Source: a virus. From it: a DNA stretch of 64,000 bases. Below, in pieces: positions 1-7,476 of the stretch. Position 1 is the stretch's first letter. The number at the start of each line of letters is the position of its first letter. The position numbers and the translations under genes are program-made. The notes beneath the pieces are model-generated. The model saw only the letters and a program-made list of their open reading frames with translations, had not been told where the DNA came from and ran no database searches. The stretch lies in the IMG/VR virus record IMGVR_UViG_3300027747_004417. One strand, given 5' to 3'.

Positions 1-1161
1 ATAGCATCAATAATATTTTCATTAAATAATGACGAAATGATCAATTCCGCCATTAAGGAAACGAACGGCAACATGCTAAAGTCTAACGTTATAACGAGAA
101 TAGGTGTTGAGATGGGCCAAACCTACTACGATATGCTTAAAGACAAAAATGGTGCTTTAAAAAGCTGCCTCAGAGACGCATCAGTTGTCTACAAGTATAC
201 CAAACCAGAAAGTCTACCCAAAGAAGGTAGAGATGATACGTTGCTTTATGAGTCACACAACTTTAGCAGGGTTTTTACTGGTGCGTTTTATGAACTAGTG
301 ATCAGAGTCGCAAACAAGGCTTTGACTGACGGCGTCTGCAAGGATCTCCCACAATCCATTAAGTTCTCCAGAGACATTTGCACTAGGTACCTTTTAAAGG
401 CAACCTCTTCTGTTCCCCTAACCTCAAAATTATTTGAGGCCTTAGCAAAACACATGCTTTTGGTTGACAAAAATGAAGGCTCAAAGTATCAGGAAGTAAT
501 GAGGAAAGTGTTCTTAGAAAGAAATATAATTAGCAACAATGTGCTTATGCTTGGCGATCAAAGCATATCAGACGTTAAGAGAACCTTAAAGGGAGCTTAC
601 ACCCTAGAGAACTTCAGCTCAGAAAAGGTCATTAGAACTTTATCCAGCACAACAATTAGGATAATAGATAAGAGAGTTTTAGGCCTGAAAAACAACTACT
701 TGTACGGACTCCAAATAGAGGTTCCAAATGAAACCGTCTACTATTTTGACAATAATGATAAGCTGGTCGATGTAATCAGCTCGTCTGAAGACGATATTGT
801 AGACTCTGCCATGGACTGTCTTGATTACCTAGACAAGAATAAGCTAATTGGATCTTTTTCTGGAGCACTTTTTGAGGTTAAAAGAGGGAAGTTAGCCAGA
901 AAGCAAATAGCTTGTAAGTGTGGCTTGCCCAATTATTGTGATCCAAATGCTCCCGAGTTTAACAAGCCATGGAAGCCTGCGAATCACTCTAGCTGCTGCA
1001 AATGTACAGGTCCTAACTGCAAACCTAGATCTTGTGATTGCTCCGAAACGGGTACAAACAAGATTGTTAAGAAGTCCTACTGCTCCTCTCTTTTAAGCTC
1101 TTGCTCCAAAGCCAGGCACACTGTAGGACAATTTATAAGCAGAAGAGTTTGTTCTAATTAA
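1..1161 (+). CDS. 5'-truncated putative zinc metallopeptidase (M4/M36 gluzincin-like C-terminal half) with Cys-rich tail
   Basis: Frame is open from base 1 (IASIIFSLNNDEM...). ESHNFSRVFTGAFYEL resembles the conserved His segment of M4/M36 peptidases. There are 12 Cys in the last ~85 aa. The HExxH motif would lie upstream of the window. Confidence 0.45.
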   Translation: MASIIFSLNNDEMINSAIKETNGNMLKSNVITRIGVEMGQTYYDMLKDKNGALKSCLRDASVVYKYTKPESLPKEGRDDTLLYESHNFSRVFTGAFYELVIRVANKALTDGVCKDLPQSIKFSRDICTRYLLKATSSVPLTSKLFEALAKHMLLVDKNEGSKYQEVMRKVFLERNIISNNVLMLGDQSISDVKRTLKGAYTLENFSSEKVIRTLSSTTIRIIDKRVLGLKNNYLYGLQIEVPNETVYYFDNNDKLVDVISSSEDDIVDSAMDCLDYLDKNKLIGSFSGALFEVKRGKLARKQIACKCGLPNYCDPNAPEFNKPWKPANHSSCCKCTGPNCKPRSCDCSETGTNKIVKKSYCSSLLSSCSKARHTVGQFISRRVCSN

Positions 1162-1549
1162 TTGCTTTTCCTTCTTTGTTATACTCAATAGAGTTTATTT
1201 TTAGATCTATTGAGTATAACAAATCTTCTGCTGCATCCTTGTTTTTTAGGATTCCTGCTCTAACAGCAACTTCTATTTTGTTCGTTTCCGTCTCGTTCAA
1301 TGTCACTCTAATCCTTTTCCCCTCAACCCAGGCAGATTTTCCTTCTATTCCTTCATCGACTACGGCTCCTTCTTTTTCCTTTACCGCTTCACTCGCCTTC
1401 TCAAACACCCTTACTAAGCTTTCTTGATAAATCCTAGTCGCCTTAGTTTGGCTAGGTAGAGCCCCTTCTTGCTCTTGCACTTCTTTGAATGGCGAAACCG
1501 TACACCCTAAAAACGGTAAAAAAAATAGTATTGGCAAAAATTTTTTCAT
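1154..1549 (-). CDS. Lipoprotein, DUF3568-like
   Basis: MKK plus hydrophobic stretch plus lipobox FLGC, with an AGGAG RBS. The C-terminal IEVAVRAG...AEDLLYSI pattern recalls DUF3568. Confidence 0.5.
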   Translation of the reverse strand: MKKFLPILFFLPFLGCTVSPFKEVQEQEGALPSQTKATRIYQESLVRVFEKASEAVKEKEGAVVDEGIEGKSAWVEGKRIRVTLNETETNKIEVAVRAGILKNKDAAEDLLYSIDLKINSIEYNKEGKAIN

Positions 1550-1601
1550 AAAAGCTCCTATAATTAAGTGTCAGGGTTAACTTCATCTTAAGGGAGAAAA
1601 C

Positions 1602-2090
1602 ATGTTGATTTATTTAAGTTTGACAGAAAAAGAAAATTTACTCACCCCCCAGTACAGCCATGACTTTATTTTAGGTCAAAGGTACGACGATTATGAAGAT
1701 GATCGCGAGGATGACTACGAAGATGAAGAAGACGAAGACGATGAATACGAAGACGAGCTTCCTGATTATAAAAAATATGGATACGACAAAGATGATGACG
1801 AAGATGACGAAGATGACGACGATGGTGACGATGACGACGATGATGACGATGATGACGATGATGACGATGATGATTATTATGATGATGAAGACGATGATGA
1901 AGATGACAATGACTACTACGAAGACGAAGACGATGACGATGATGATGAAGACGATGATGAAGACGATGATGATGAAGACGATGATGATGAAGACGATGAA
2001 GACGACTATTACGAAGACGAGTATGATGATGATGAAGAGGAAGACGAAGACGAAGATGACGATTATGAATTTGACGATAATGAAAGTTGA
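1602..2090 (+). CDS. Extremely acidic poly-Asp/Glu protein
   Basis: AAGGGAG RBS before the ATG. About 130 C-terminal residues are mostly D/E with scattered Tyr, encoded by mixed GAT/GAC/GAA codons. Confidence 0.6.
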   Translation: MLIYLSLTEKENLLTPQYSHDFILGQRYDDYEDDREDDYEDEEDEDDEYEDELPDYKKYGYDKDDDEDDEDDDDGDDDDDDDDDDDDDDDDYYDDEDDDEDDNDYYEDEDDDDDDEDDDEDDDDEDDDDEDDEDDYYEDEYDDDEEEDEDEDDDYEFDDNES

Positions 2091-2187
2091 TTTGGTGAAA
2101 TAAACCAAATACATTGAGCTAAAACACTATATAATATAGACAAATATACACGTACAGGATGTATGTGTTTTGTGAACAAGGAGGTTC

Positions 2188-2820
2188 ATGAGATCTTTAT
2201 TAGTATTGTTTCTTTTGGGGGCTTGGTGTTTACCTCAGGCTCTCCCCGAGAGCATCAATCAAACAGCGTACTTTGAAGAAGATGGGACCATGGTCCCCGT
2301 GCCCATAGAGGACAGAGTCTTCAATGAAACAGGCATACAATGTGTATGGGCTTCAATTGAATGCCTAGGAAGGTATGCCAATGAGCCCAAGCTAATTGGC
2401 ATTACAAACCACCCTGACTGCAAGAGCTATGCAAGCCCTTCGTCTTTGGCTTCTAAGCTAAAAAAGCTCAATGTCAAATTTGAACAGACGACAAGCAGAT
2501 CCGATAAAAGTCTTATAATAAAATCTGTTGTTAAGGACAGAAGAGGCTGTTTATTTGCGATACCAGGTCATGCAATGACTTTAGTTCATTACGACGAGCA
2601 AGAAGGAATAGTCAAATATATAAACAACAGTGATAGGTCTTTAAAGATTAGGACTTGGACTATGAAAGAGTTCAATCAAAGATGGGACGGTTGGATATGT
2701 GTTATATACCCTGATGTGGACCTAGTGTATAAAAAATATACTCATCTTTATCCGATACCAATTATTGATAGAAGTGCCCCACAAGGCACTTATGAAAGAC
2801 AATATATTTTAATGCCTTAA
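2188..2820 (+). CDS. Secreted papain-fold (C39-like) cysteine peptidase
   Basis: Signal peptide, QCVWAS (Cys), GHAMTLV (His), YINNSD (Asn) and a GGAGG RBS. Confidence 0.5.
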   Translation: MRSLLVLFLLGAWCLPQALPESINQTAYFEEDGTMVPVPIEDRVFNETGIQCVWASIECLGRYANEPKLIGITNHPDCKSYASPSSLASKLKKLNVKFEQTTSRSDKSLIIKSVVKDRRGCLFAIPGHAMTLVHYDEQEGIVKYINNSDRSLKIRTWTMKEFNQRWDGWICVIYPDVDLVYKKYTHLYPIPIIDRSAPQGTYERQYILMP

Positions 2821-3011
2821 TTTCTTTTCTTGTTTTTTCTATTCTTTTTTGTTATGGGCAGATCATCACCGTAGGTTGGAAACGCCCCAGGTTTTTCTAA
2901 CTTACGGCTTAATATTTCTCCGCCGTCACCTTCTTCTTCTGCTGCTGAAGGGCAACCTGCCGATCCTCCAAAATTCTCAAATTTTTTCAACCATTCAATA
3001 AAGGATTTCAT
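2817..3011 (-). CDS. Small protein with capsid-targeting-like N-terminus
   Basis: Starts MKSFIEWLKKFE and has a basic C-terminus. Confidence 0.5.
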   Translation of the reverse strand: MKSFIEWLKKFENFGGSAGCPSAAEEEGDGGEILSRKLEKPGAFPTYGDDLPITKKNRKNKKRN

Positions 3012-3019
3012 TATAAATG

Positions 3020-3027
3020 TATATATA
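3020..3027. promoter_or_regulatory. TATATATA candidate late-promoter core between divergent genes
   Basis: Lies in the 50-bp gap between divergent ORFs. The same motif recurs in other intergenic gaps. Confidence 0.35.
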
Positions 3028-3061
3028 ATGTATCAAGACTTTATTTGAGTCAAGGAGGAAT

Positions 3062-3316
3062 ATGAAGGAATTGATTTGCAATAAGATAGAAATATTATTT
3101 ATGTTGCTTAGCTCTGTGCTTGCTTTCTTTGTTGCACAGACATCTTTTACACACAATAAGGTTAAAACTGTGGCTCCATTTTACATGGAGTTTAGAAATG
3201 ATTACTCAGGCGATTCAGACCCAGACAATAACTTATCCGGAAACTCAGGCATATCCCAGGACTATTACACAAAACAAGTTCTTCAATTTCTAAAGAGCAA
3301 AGATTCTTCTGAGTGA
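3062..3316 (+). CDS. Hypothetical membrane-anchored protein
   Basis: AAGGAGG RBS and an N-terminal hydrophobic helix. Confidence 0.45.
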   Translation: MKELICNKIEILFMLLSSVLAFFVAQTSFTHNKVKTVAPFYMEFRNDYSGDSDPDNNLSGNSGISQDYYTKQVLQFLKSKDSSE

Positions 3317-3906
3317 TCCGAGCACGATTCCTTTAACAAGTAATGGTATCTCTCGTAACACCTTTCTCCCTCTTCCAAGTATTCTTTTGGGATGGTATCG
3401 CGTTTAAAACCTTTTTTAAATACGTCGAACTGATTTTCTTTCATATCAATAACTAATCCGGTTAACTTCTCTATTGACTTTATCATAAACTCTTTTGATG
3501 AATTAAAGTTCAAGAAAACTGACTTTTTAGCAACCTTTGATATTTGATAAATTCTATTTAGTCTGTATTGGTAATGTCTTAAGGCAAATATAGGCTGGAG
3601 CTTTTTGAAATGAAATATAGATTCTAGAGTTTCTTTTGGTTCTCTTACAAAATTAATTACTATAAACTTTGAATAGTCAATTTTTGTTGATAAAAGGTGG
3701 CTAAACTCAACCGTCTCAGCATAAAATGACTTTTTTGAACTAGATTTATGCTTTATTTTTGATGTTACGTACAAATCCATATTGCTGCTATAGGACCTTT
3801 CACCCAAGTGCTTGCATCCTTGGATGTGCGGATTACTCGCTAGAGACCAGTAAAGTCCATCCCCGCCAGAAAACATGTGTGTGTTTATTAGTAGTATTTT
3901 TTTCAT
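3283..3906 (-). CDS. Sulfotransferase-like P-loop protein (possibly degenerate)
   Basis: HMFSGGDGLYWSLASNPHI resembles the 5'-PSB RSGT..L..HP.I motif. INFVREPKETLESI resembles the 3'-PB VRDP...S motif. Confidence 0.45.
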   Translation of the reverse strand: MKKILLINTHMFSGGDGLYWSLASNPHIQGCKHLGERSYSSNMDLYVTSKIKHKSSSKKSFYAETVEFSHLLSTKIDYSKFIVINFVREPKETLESIFHFKKLQPIFALRHYQYRLNRIYQISKVAKKSVFLNFNSSKEFMIKSIEKLTGLVIDMKENQFDVFKKGFKRDTIPKEYLEEGERCYERYHYLLKESCSDHSEESLLFRN

Positions 3907-3933
3907 TGTACAAAAATTGTGCTAATCTTCTAC

Positions 3934-3943
3934 TATAAATATA
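3934..3943 (+). promoter_or_regulatory. TATAAATA(TA) T4-type late promoter upstream of the portal gene
   Basis: Exact T4 late consensus TATAAATA about 40 bp upstream of the portal ATG. Confidence 0.5.
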
Positions 3944-3978
3944 GAATATTGTGTTCTAAAAGGAAAAGGTAGCTATAA

Positions 3979-6516
3979 ATGCCTGCATGGTCTGATTTTT
4001 TTAAGTTGTTCACGTACGCAAGTGAACAAGATCCTTTATCTAAAGCAAAGGACTCAACGCAACTTCAAGGTGCGGGAATAACTCAACCCGATGCCCTAGG
4101 TATCGACTTCGCAGGCTCAAGCTCAGGCATAAGCCCTAATTTAAGAGAGTCTACTGACTTAATCGACACCACCTCTCTTACTAACCGTGCAATGAGGTAC
4201 AAGGAGTACGAAAGACTAAGAAACGTACCAGAGATTGAAATGGCTATGACCGTTTTCTCAGATGAAGCCTGTGTTGTGGGTGAAACAAAAATCGCAACAC
4301 CATTTGGATTTATTTCAATAAAAGAATTGGCTGAAACAAAGGGAGAAGAAAGATTTTTAGTATATTGTTACGACTTTGAAAAGAATGATTATACTTTAGG
4401 ATGGGCTTTTTCGCCTAGACTCGTAAGAGAGGCGGAAACACTAACAATAATTTTAGACGATGGTTCAACCTTAACTTGTACAAGCGACCATAAGATCTTG
4501 AGAAGAGATGGATCTTGGTGTGAGGCTGGGAAGCTAGAAGAACACGATGAGTTGATGCCATTCTATAGAAAGTCTGCTAATTTCAGACTTACTAAATTGA
4601 AGCAAAAGCAGCATCCAAGAGTATTTACGTTTAAAAAAGGATGGATTCACGAAAGACAGTTTGTAGAAGACTGGAAGTCTGGTCGAACTGACCCAAAGAT
4701 AGAGTTAATGAATAAGGCTATGAGAATGATCGGGGCCGGAATCTCAGTTAGGAAAATAGAATCCTCGACAGAAAGAGACTGGCACACGATAGAAAACTGG
4801 ATGCACTCCGAGGGATTTTCTCACAAGGAAACAAAGCAACTTTACAAACAAAGCGATAAAAGAATAATTGTAGGAATTCACAAGAATGAAAAGAAGCAGC
4901 CCGTCTACGACTTATCTGTAGAGAAACATCAATGCTTTGCTACTGATAGTTTAATAGTACATAATTGTCAAAAAGACGAAACGGGAAGTGTAGTAAAAGT
5001 TCTTACTTCAAACGAAGACGTAAAGCAAGAAGTAGAGTTTTTGTTGCTTCACAGGAAGATGATTAATTTGAATAGAACCGCATGGAGTCTATTCAAAAGC
5101 TTATGCATTTTTGGAGACCTTTTTTTAGAGACAGTAATAAATCCAGATAATCCCAAGGAAGGCATATACAAGACGGTTCCACTTCCACCCGAAACCATGT
5201 ACAGAATAGAAACGGTAAAGGGTAAGCTTATAGAATTTCAGCAGTCAAAAGAGGGACCAGATTATCAAGCTATAATTAGAGGTCCAGCACATGATCTAGA
5301 CTCAAAAGAAGCACAAGGGACTGCTATACGTTTTTCTCCTAGTCAAATAATTCACATGAGGATAGGAGATGATAGAAAAACATTTTACCCTTACGGTCAG
5401 TCTTTGATAGAACCAGCTCGTGGTCCTGCCCACAGCTTAAGACTTTTAGAAGATGCAATGGTAATATACAGATTGACTAGAGCTCCTGAAAGAAGAGTAT
5501 TTTATATCGATGTAGGACAGCTTCCACCGTTTAAAGCAGAAGCATTCCTAGACAGAATAAAAGACCAGTTTAGAAAGCGTAAGGTGGCAAGCAACCGTAG
5601 TACGGGAGCCAATCAAGTAGACGAAAGATGGCAGCCTCCTGCTCAAGACGAAGACTTTTGGCTTCCAACCCGTCCAAACAGTAATACAAGAATAGAAACA
5701 CTTCCAGGAGCTGAAAACCTTGGAGAAATAGACGATGCAATATATTTTAGAAACAAGCTATTAACCGCATTGAACTTTCCCAAAAACTATTTTAACAATG
5801 AAGATCCAAACACAACAAGAATTTCATTGTCTGCTCAAGACGTAAAGTTTGCTAGGATGATAGAGAGGTTACAAAGCAACTTTGAAGATGGCATCTTAGA
5901 GCTAGCAGAGCGACATTTGAAATTAAGAGGCTTCCCTGAAAGTACCTTTCAAGATCTTAAAATAAGAATGACCGCTCCAAGTGATTGGAGAGAGTTGTCT
6001 AGGTCAGAAGTTACCACAGCAAGATACGGTAATGCTGGCACCTTGAAAAGCAGCCAACTTATGTCTGACTTTGATATAATGACAAAAATACTTAAATACG
6101 GAGAAGAAGAGACAGAAGAGATGCTTGCTAGACTGAAGCTACAAAAGTTAGAGGATCTAAAGCTTCAAGTTCTTGCACAGAACCCACAACTTCTTGGCGT
6201 AGGAATACCAGGCCAAGGAGACCAAGGGCAAGAAGTCGGAGCCGGACCTGAAGGTCCGAATAACATGATTAATCCAGACGAAGCCGGTTCCCCAGAATCA
6301 GGATCGGAATCAACTGGGCAAGAGCAACCTGTTGCTGATCAATTATCAGGAAACGAGCCATCGGACCAAAACGTACAAGGTCCTGATCAATCGGCACAAC
6401 CAGTTTCATTAGAAGATCCAACCGATGACGATATTAAGAAGTACGATTTGGAACTTCAGGGATATGAATCAGAACAAGATGTCGAAGACATAGACTACAG
6501 CGTAGGTGAAGGTTGA
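3979..6516 (+). CDS. gp20: T4-like portal protein containing an intein
   Basis: Motifs YRLTRAPERRVFYIDVGQLP, EDFWLP...TRIETLPG and D..YFRNKL..AL..P, plus an acidic disordered tail. It heads the capsid module. Confidence 0.95.
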   Translation: MPAWSDFFKLFTYASEQDPLSKAKDSTQLQGAGITQPDALGIDFAGSSSGISPNLRESTDLIDTTSLTNRAMRYKEYERLRNVPEIEMAMTVFSDEACVVGETKIATPFGFISIKELAETKGEERFLVYCYDFEKNDYTLGWAFSPRLVREAETLTIILDDGSTLTCTSDHKILRRDGSWCEAGKLEEHDELMPFYRKSANFRLTKLKQKQHPRVFTFKKGWIHERQFVEDWKSGRTDPKIELMNKAMRMIGAGISVRKIESSTERDWHTIENWMHSEGFSHKETKQLYKQSDKRIIVGIHKNEKKQPVYDLSVEKHQCFATDSLIVHNCQKDETGSVVKVLTSNEDVKQEVEFLLLHRKMINLNRTAWSLFKSLCIFGDLFLETVINPDNPKEGIYKTVPLPPETMYRIETVKGKLIEFQQSKEGPDYQAIIRGPAHDLDSKEAQGTAIRFSPSQIIHMRIGDDRKTFYPYGQSLIEPARGPAHSLRLLEDAMVIYRLTRAPERRVFYIDVGQLPPFKAEAFLDRIKDQFRKRKVASNRSTGANQVDERWQPPAQDEDFWLPTRPNSNTRIETLPGAENLGEIDDAIYFRNKLLTALNFPKNYFNNEDPNTTRISLSAQDVKFARMIERLQSNFEDGILELAERHLKLRGFPESTFQDLKIRMTAPSDWRELSRSEVTTARYGNAGTLKSSQLMSDFDIMTKILKYGEEETEEMLARLKLQKLEDLKLQVLAQNPQLLGVGIPGQGDQGQEVGAGPEGPNNMINPDEAGSPESGSESTGQEQPVADQLSGNEPSDQNVQGPDQSAQPVSLEDPTDDDIKKYDLELQGYESEQDVEDIDYSVGEG
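4270..4965 (+). mobile_element. Intein (232 aa) in the portal, with an HTH-like insert and no intact homing endonuclease
   Basis: N-terminal splice site DEA/CVVGETKI, block B CTSDHKIL, block F VYDLSVEKHQCF and C-terminal IVHN/C with +1 Cys at 4966. Confidence 0.92.
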
Positions 6517-6752
6517 TAAATTCTTTTCCTAAAATGGCTATAAACAATAAAGTTGTTTTAGAACAGTCAAAAAAGGCTGGGTGCTACTGCTGTTGCAAGA
6601 TTTTTGACTCCTGCGATGTTAAGAACTTTACGGATAATGGCAATACAGGAGTTTGCCCCCATTGCTTGGCTGATTGTTTAATAGGAGACTTTTCTATCAC
6701 TTTAGAAGAGTCCATCCTGAAGAAAGCAAAACAATTTTGGTTTGGAGGATGA
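6513..6752 (+). CDS. Small Cys-rich zinc-binding hypothetical protein
   Basis: GCYCCCKIF...GVCPHCLAD pattern. The true start may be the ATG at 6534. Confidence 0.55.
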   Translation: MINSFPKMAINNKVVLEQSKKAGCYCCCKIFDSCDVKNFTDNGNTGVCPHCLADCLIGDFSITLEESILKKAKQFWFGG

Positions 6753-6950
6753 ATGTCTCACGAGGAAGATGCCTTTAAAAAACTTCAAGACTGGCTACAA
6801 GAAACAACAAATAATTCACAATATAGTTTACTTTTGGATAAATTTGATGAAGCTTCTTTAGACTTAGTAAAAGAAGCTTTCTTGTCCGGGTTTGATGCCG
6901 GAAGAGCTCGTAGGAATAAAGACAATTGGGATTTATGGAATCAAAAGTAA
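6753..6950 (+). CDS. Hypothetical protein
   Basis: GGAGG RBS, abutting the upstream stop codon. Confidence 0.5.
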   Translation: MSHEEDAFKKLQDWLQETTNNSQYSLLLDKFDEASLDLVKEAFLSGFDAGRARRNKDNWDLWNQK

Positions 6951-7337
6951 TCAGACTGCATCGGCGGAGTTCGTAGAAACAACATCTGAATTTCCTGCGT
7001 CCAAGTCGCCCAGACCTTTACTTATAGATCTTCCTATCTTTTGGCCCGCTCTTCTTATGCCAGGAATAGTCTCTTTGAGGCTTTCTATGTCATGTTGGGA
7101 GAGTATTTCATCTACTTGGTCTTTTACATCTGGCACCGAGTTTGTTATGTTTTTGAGCCAACTTATTGCTACATTTGGTCTTGAACCAAGTACGAGTTCG
7201 AAGGCTTCTATGACGGCATCGAATGCAGCCTGGGACTTTGCGTCTAGGTTCAAAGAACTTGATCCACCGAGCATTTGTTTGCCCACATTTAAGGCGGAAA
7301 CTTCTTTGAGCTTTATGTAGTCCGCAAATTTTTTCAT
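6951..7337 (-). CDS. Hypothetical protein with capsid-targeting-like N-terminus
   Basis: Start moved from the track value to the ATG at 7337 (MKKFADYIKLKE), which has an AGGAG RBS. Confidence 0.6.
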   Translation of the reverse strand: MKKFADYIKLKEVSALNVGKQMLGGSSSLNLDAKSQAAFDAVIEAFELVLGSRPNVAISWLKNITNSVPDVKDQVDEILSQHDIESLKETIPGIRRAGQKIGRSISKGLGDLDAGNSDVVSTNSADAV

Positions 7338-7423
7338 TTTAACTCTCCTATTTTTAGCTTTTGGTGCATAACTATATATCAGAGATTTCAAAATATTGAG
7401 TTGTAAAAATTTTTTCGGATTTT

Positions 7424-7431
7424 TATATATA
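7424..7431 (+). promoter_or_regulatory. TATATATA candidate late promoter of the head operon
   Basis: Lies about 45 bp upstream of the ATG at 7477. A second TATATA at 7373-7378 precedes the divergent gene. Confidence 0.35.
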
Positions 7432-7476
7432 ACTCATTAGGACTAATAAAACAAAACACAGGGAGTCAATTGACCT

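Noticed and set aside
1671-2114. Hydrophobic minus-strand ORF and Met/Thr-rich ORF 1693-2103
   Set aside because: These are alternate frames of the GAT/GAC repeat. Only the acidic frame has a clear RBS.
4270-4965. Active LAGLIDADG or HNH homing endonuclease inside the intein
   Set aside because: The insert is too short and lacks both LAGLIDADG helices and the HNH catalytic core.
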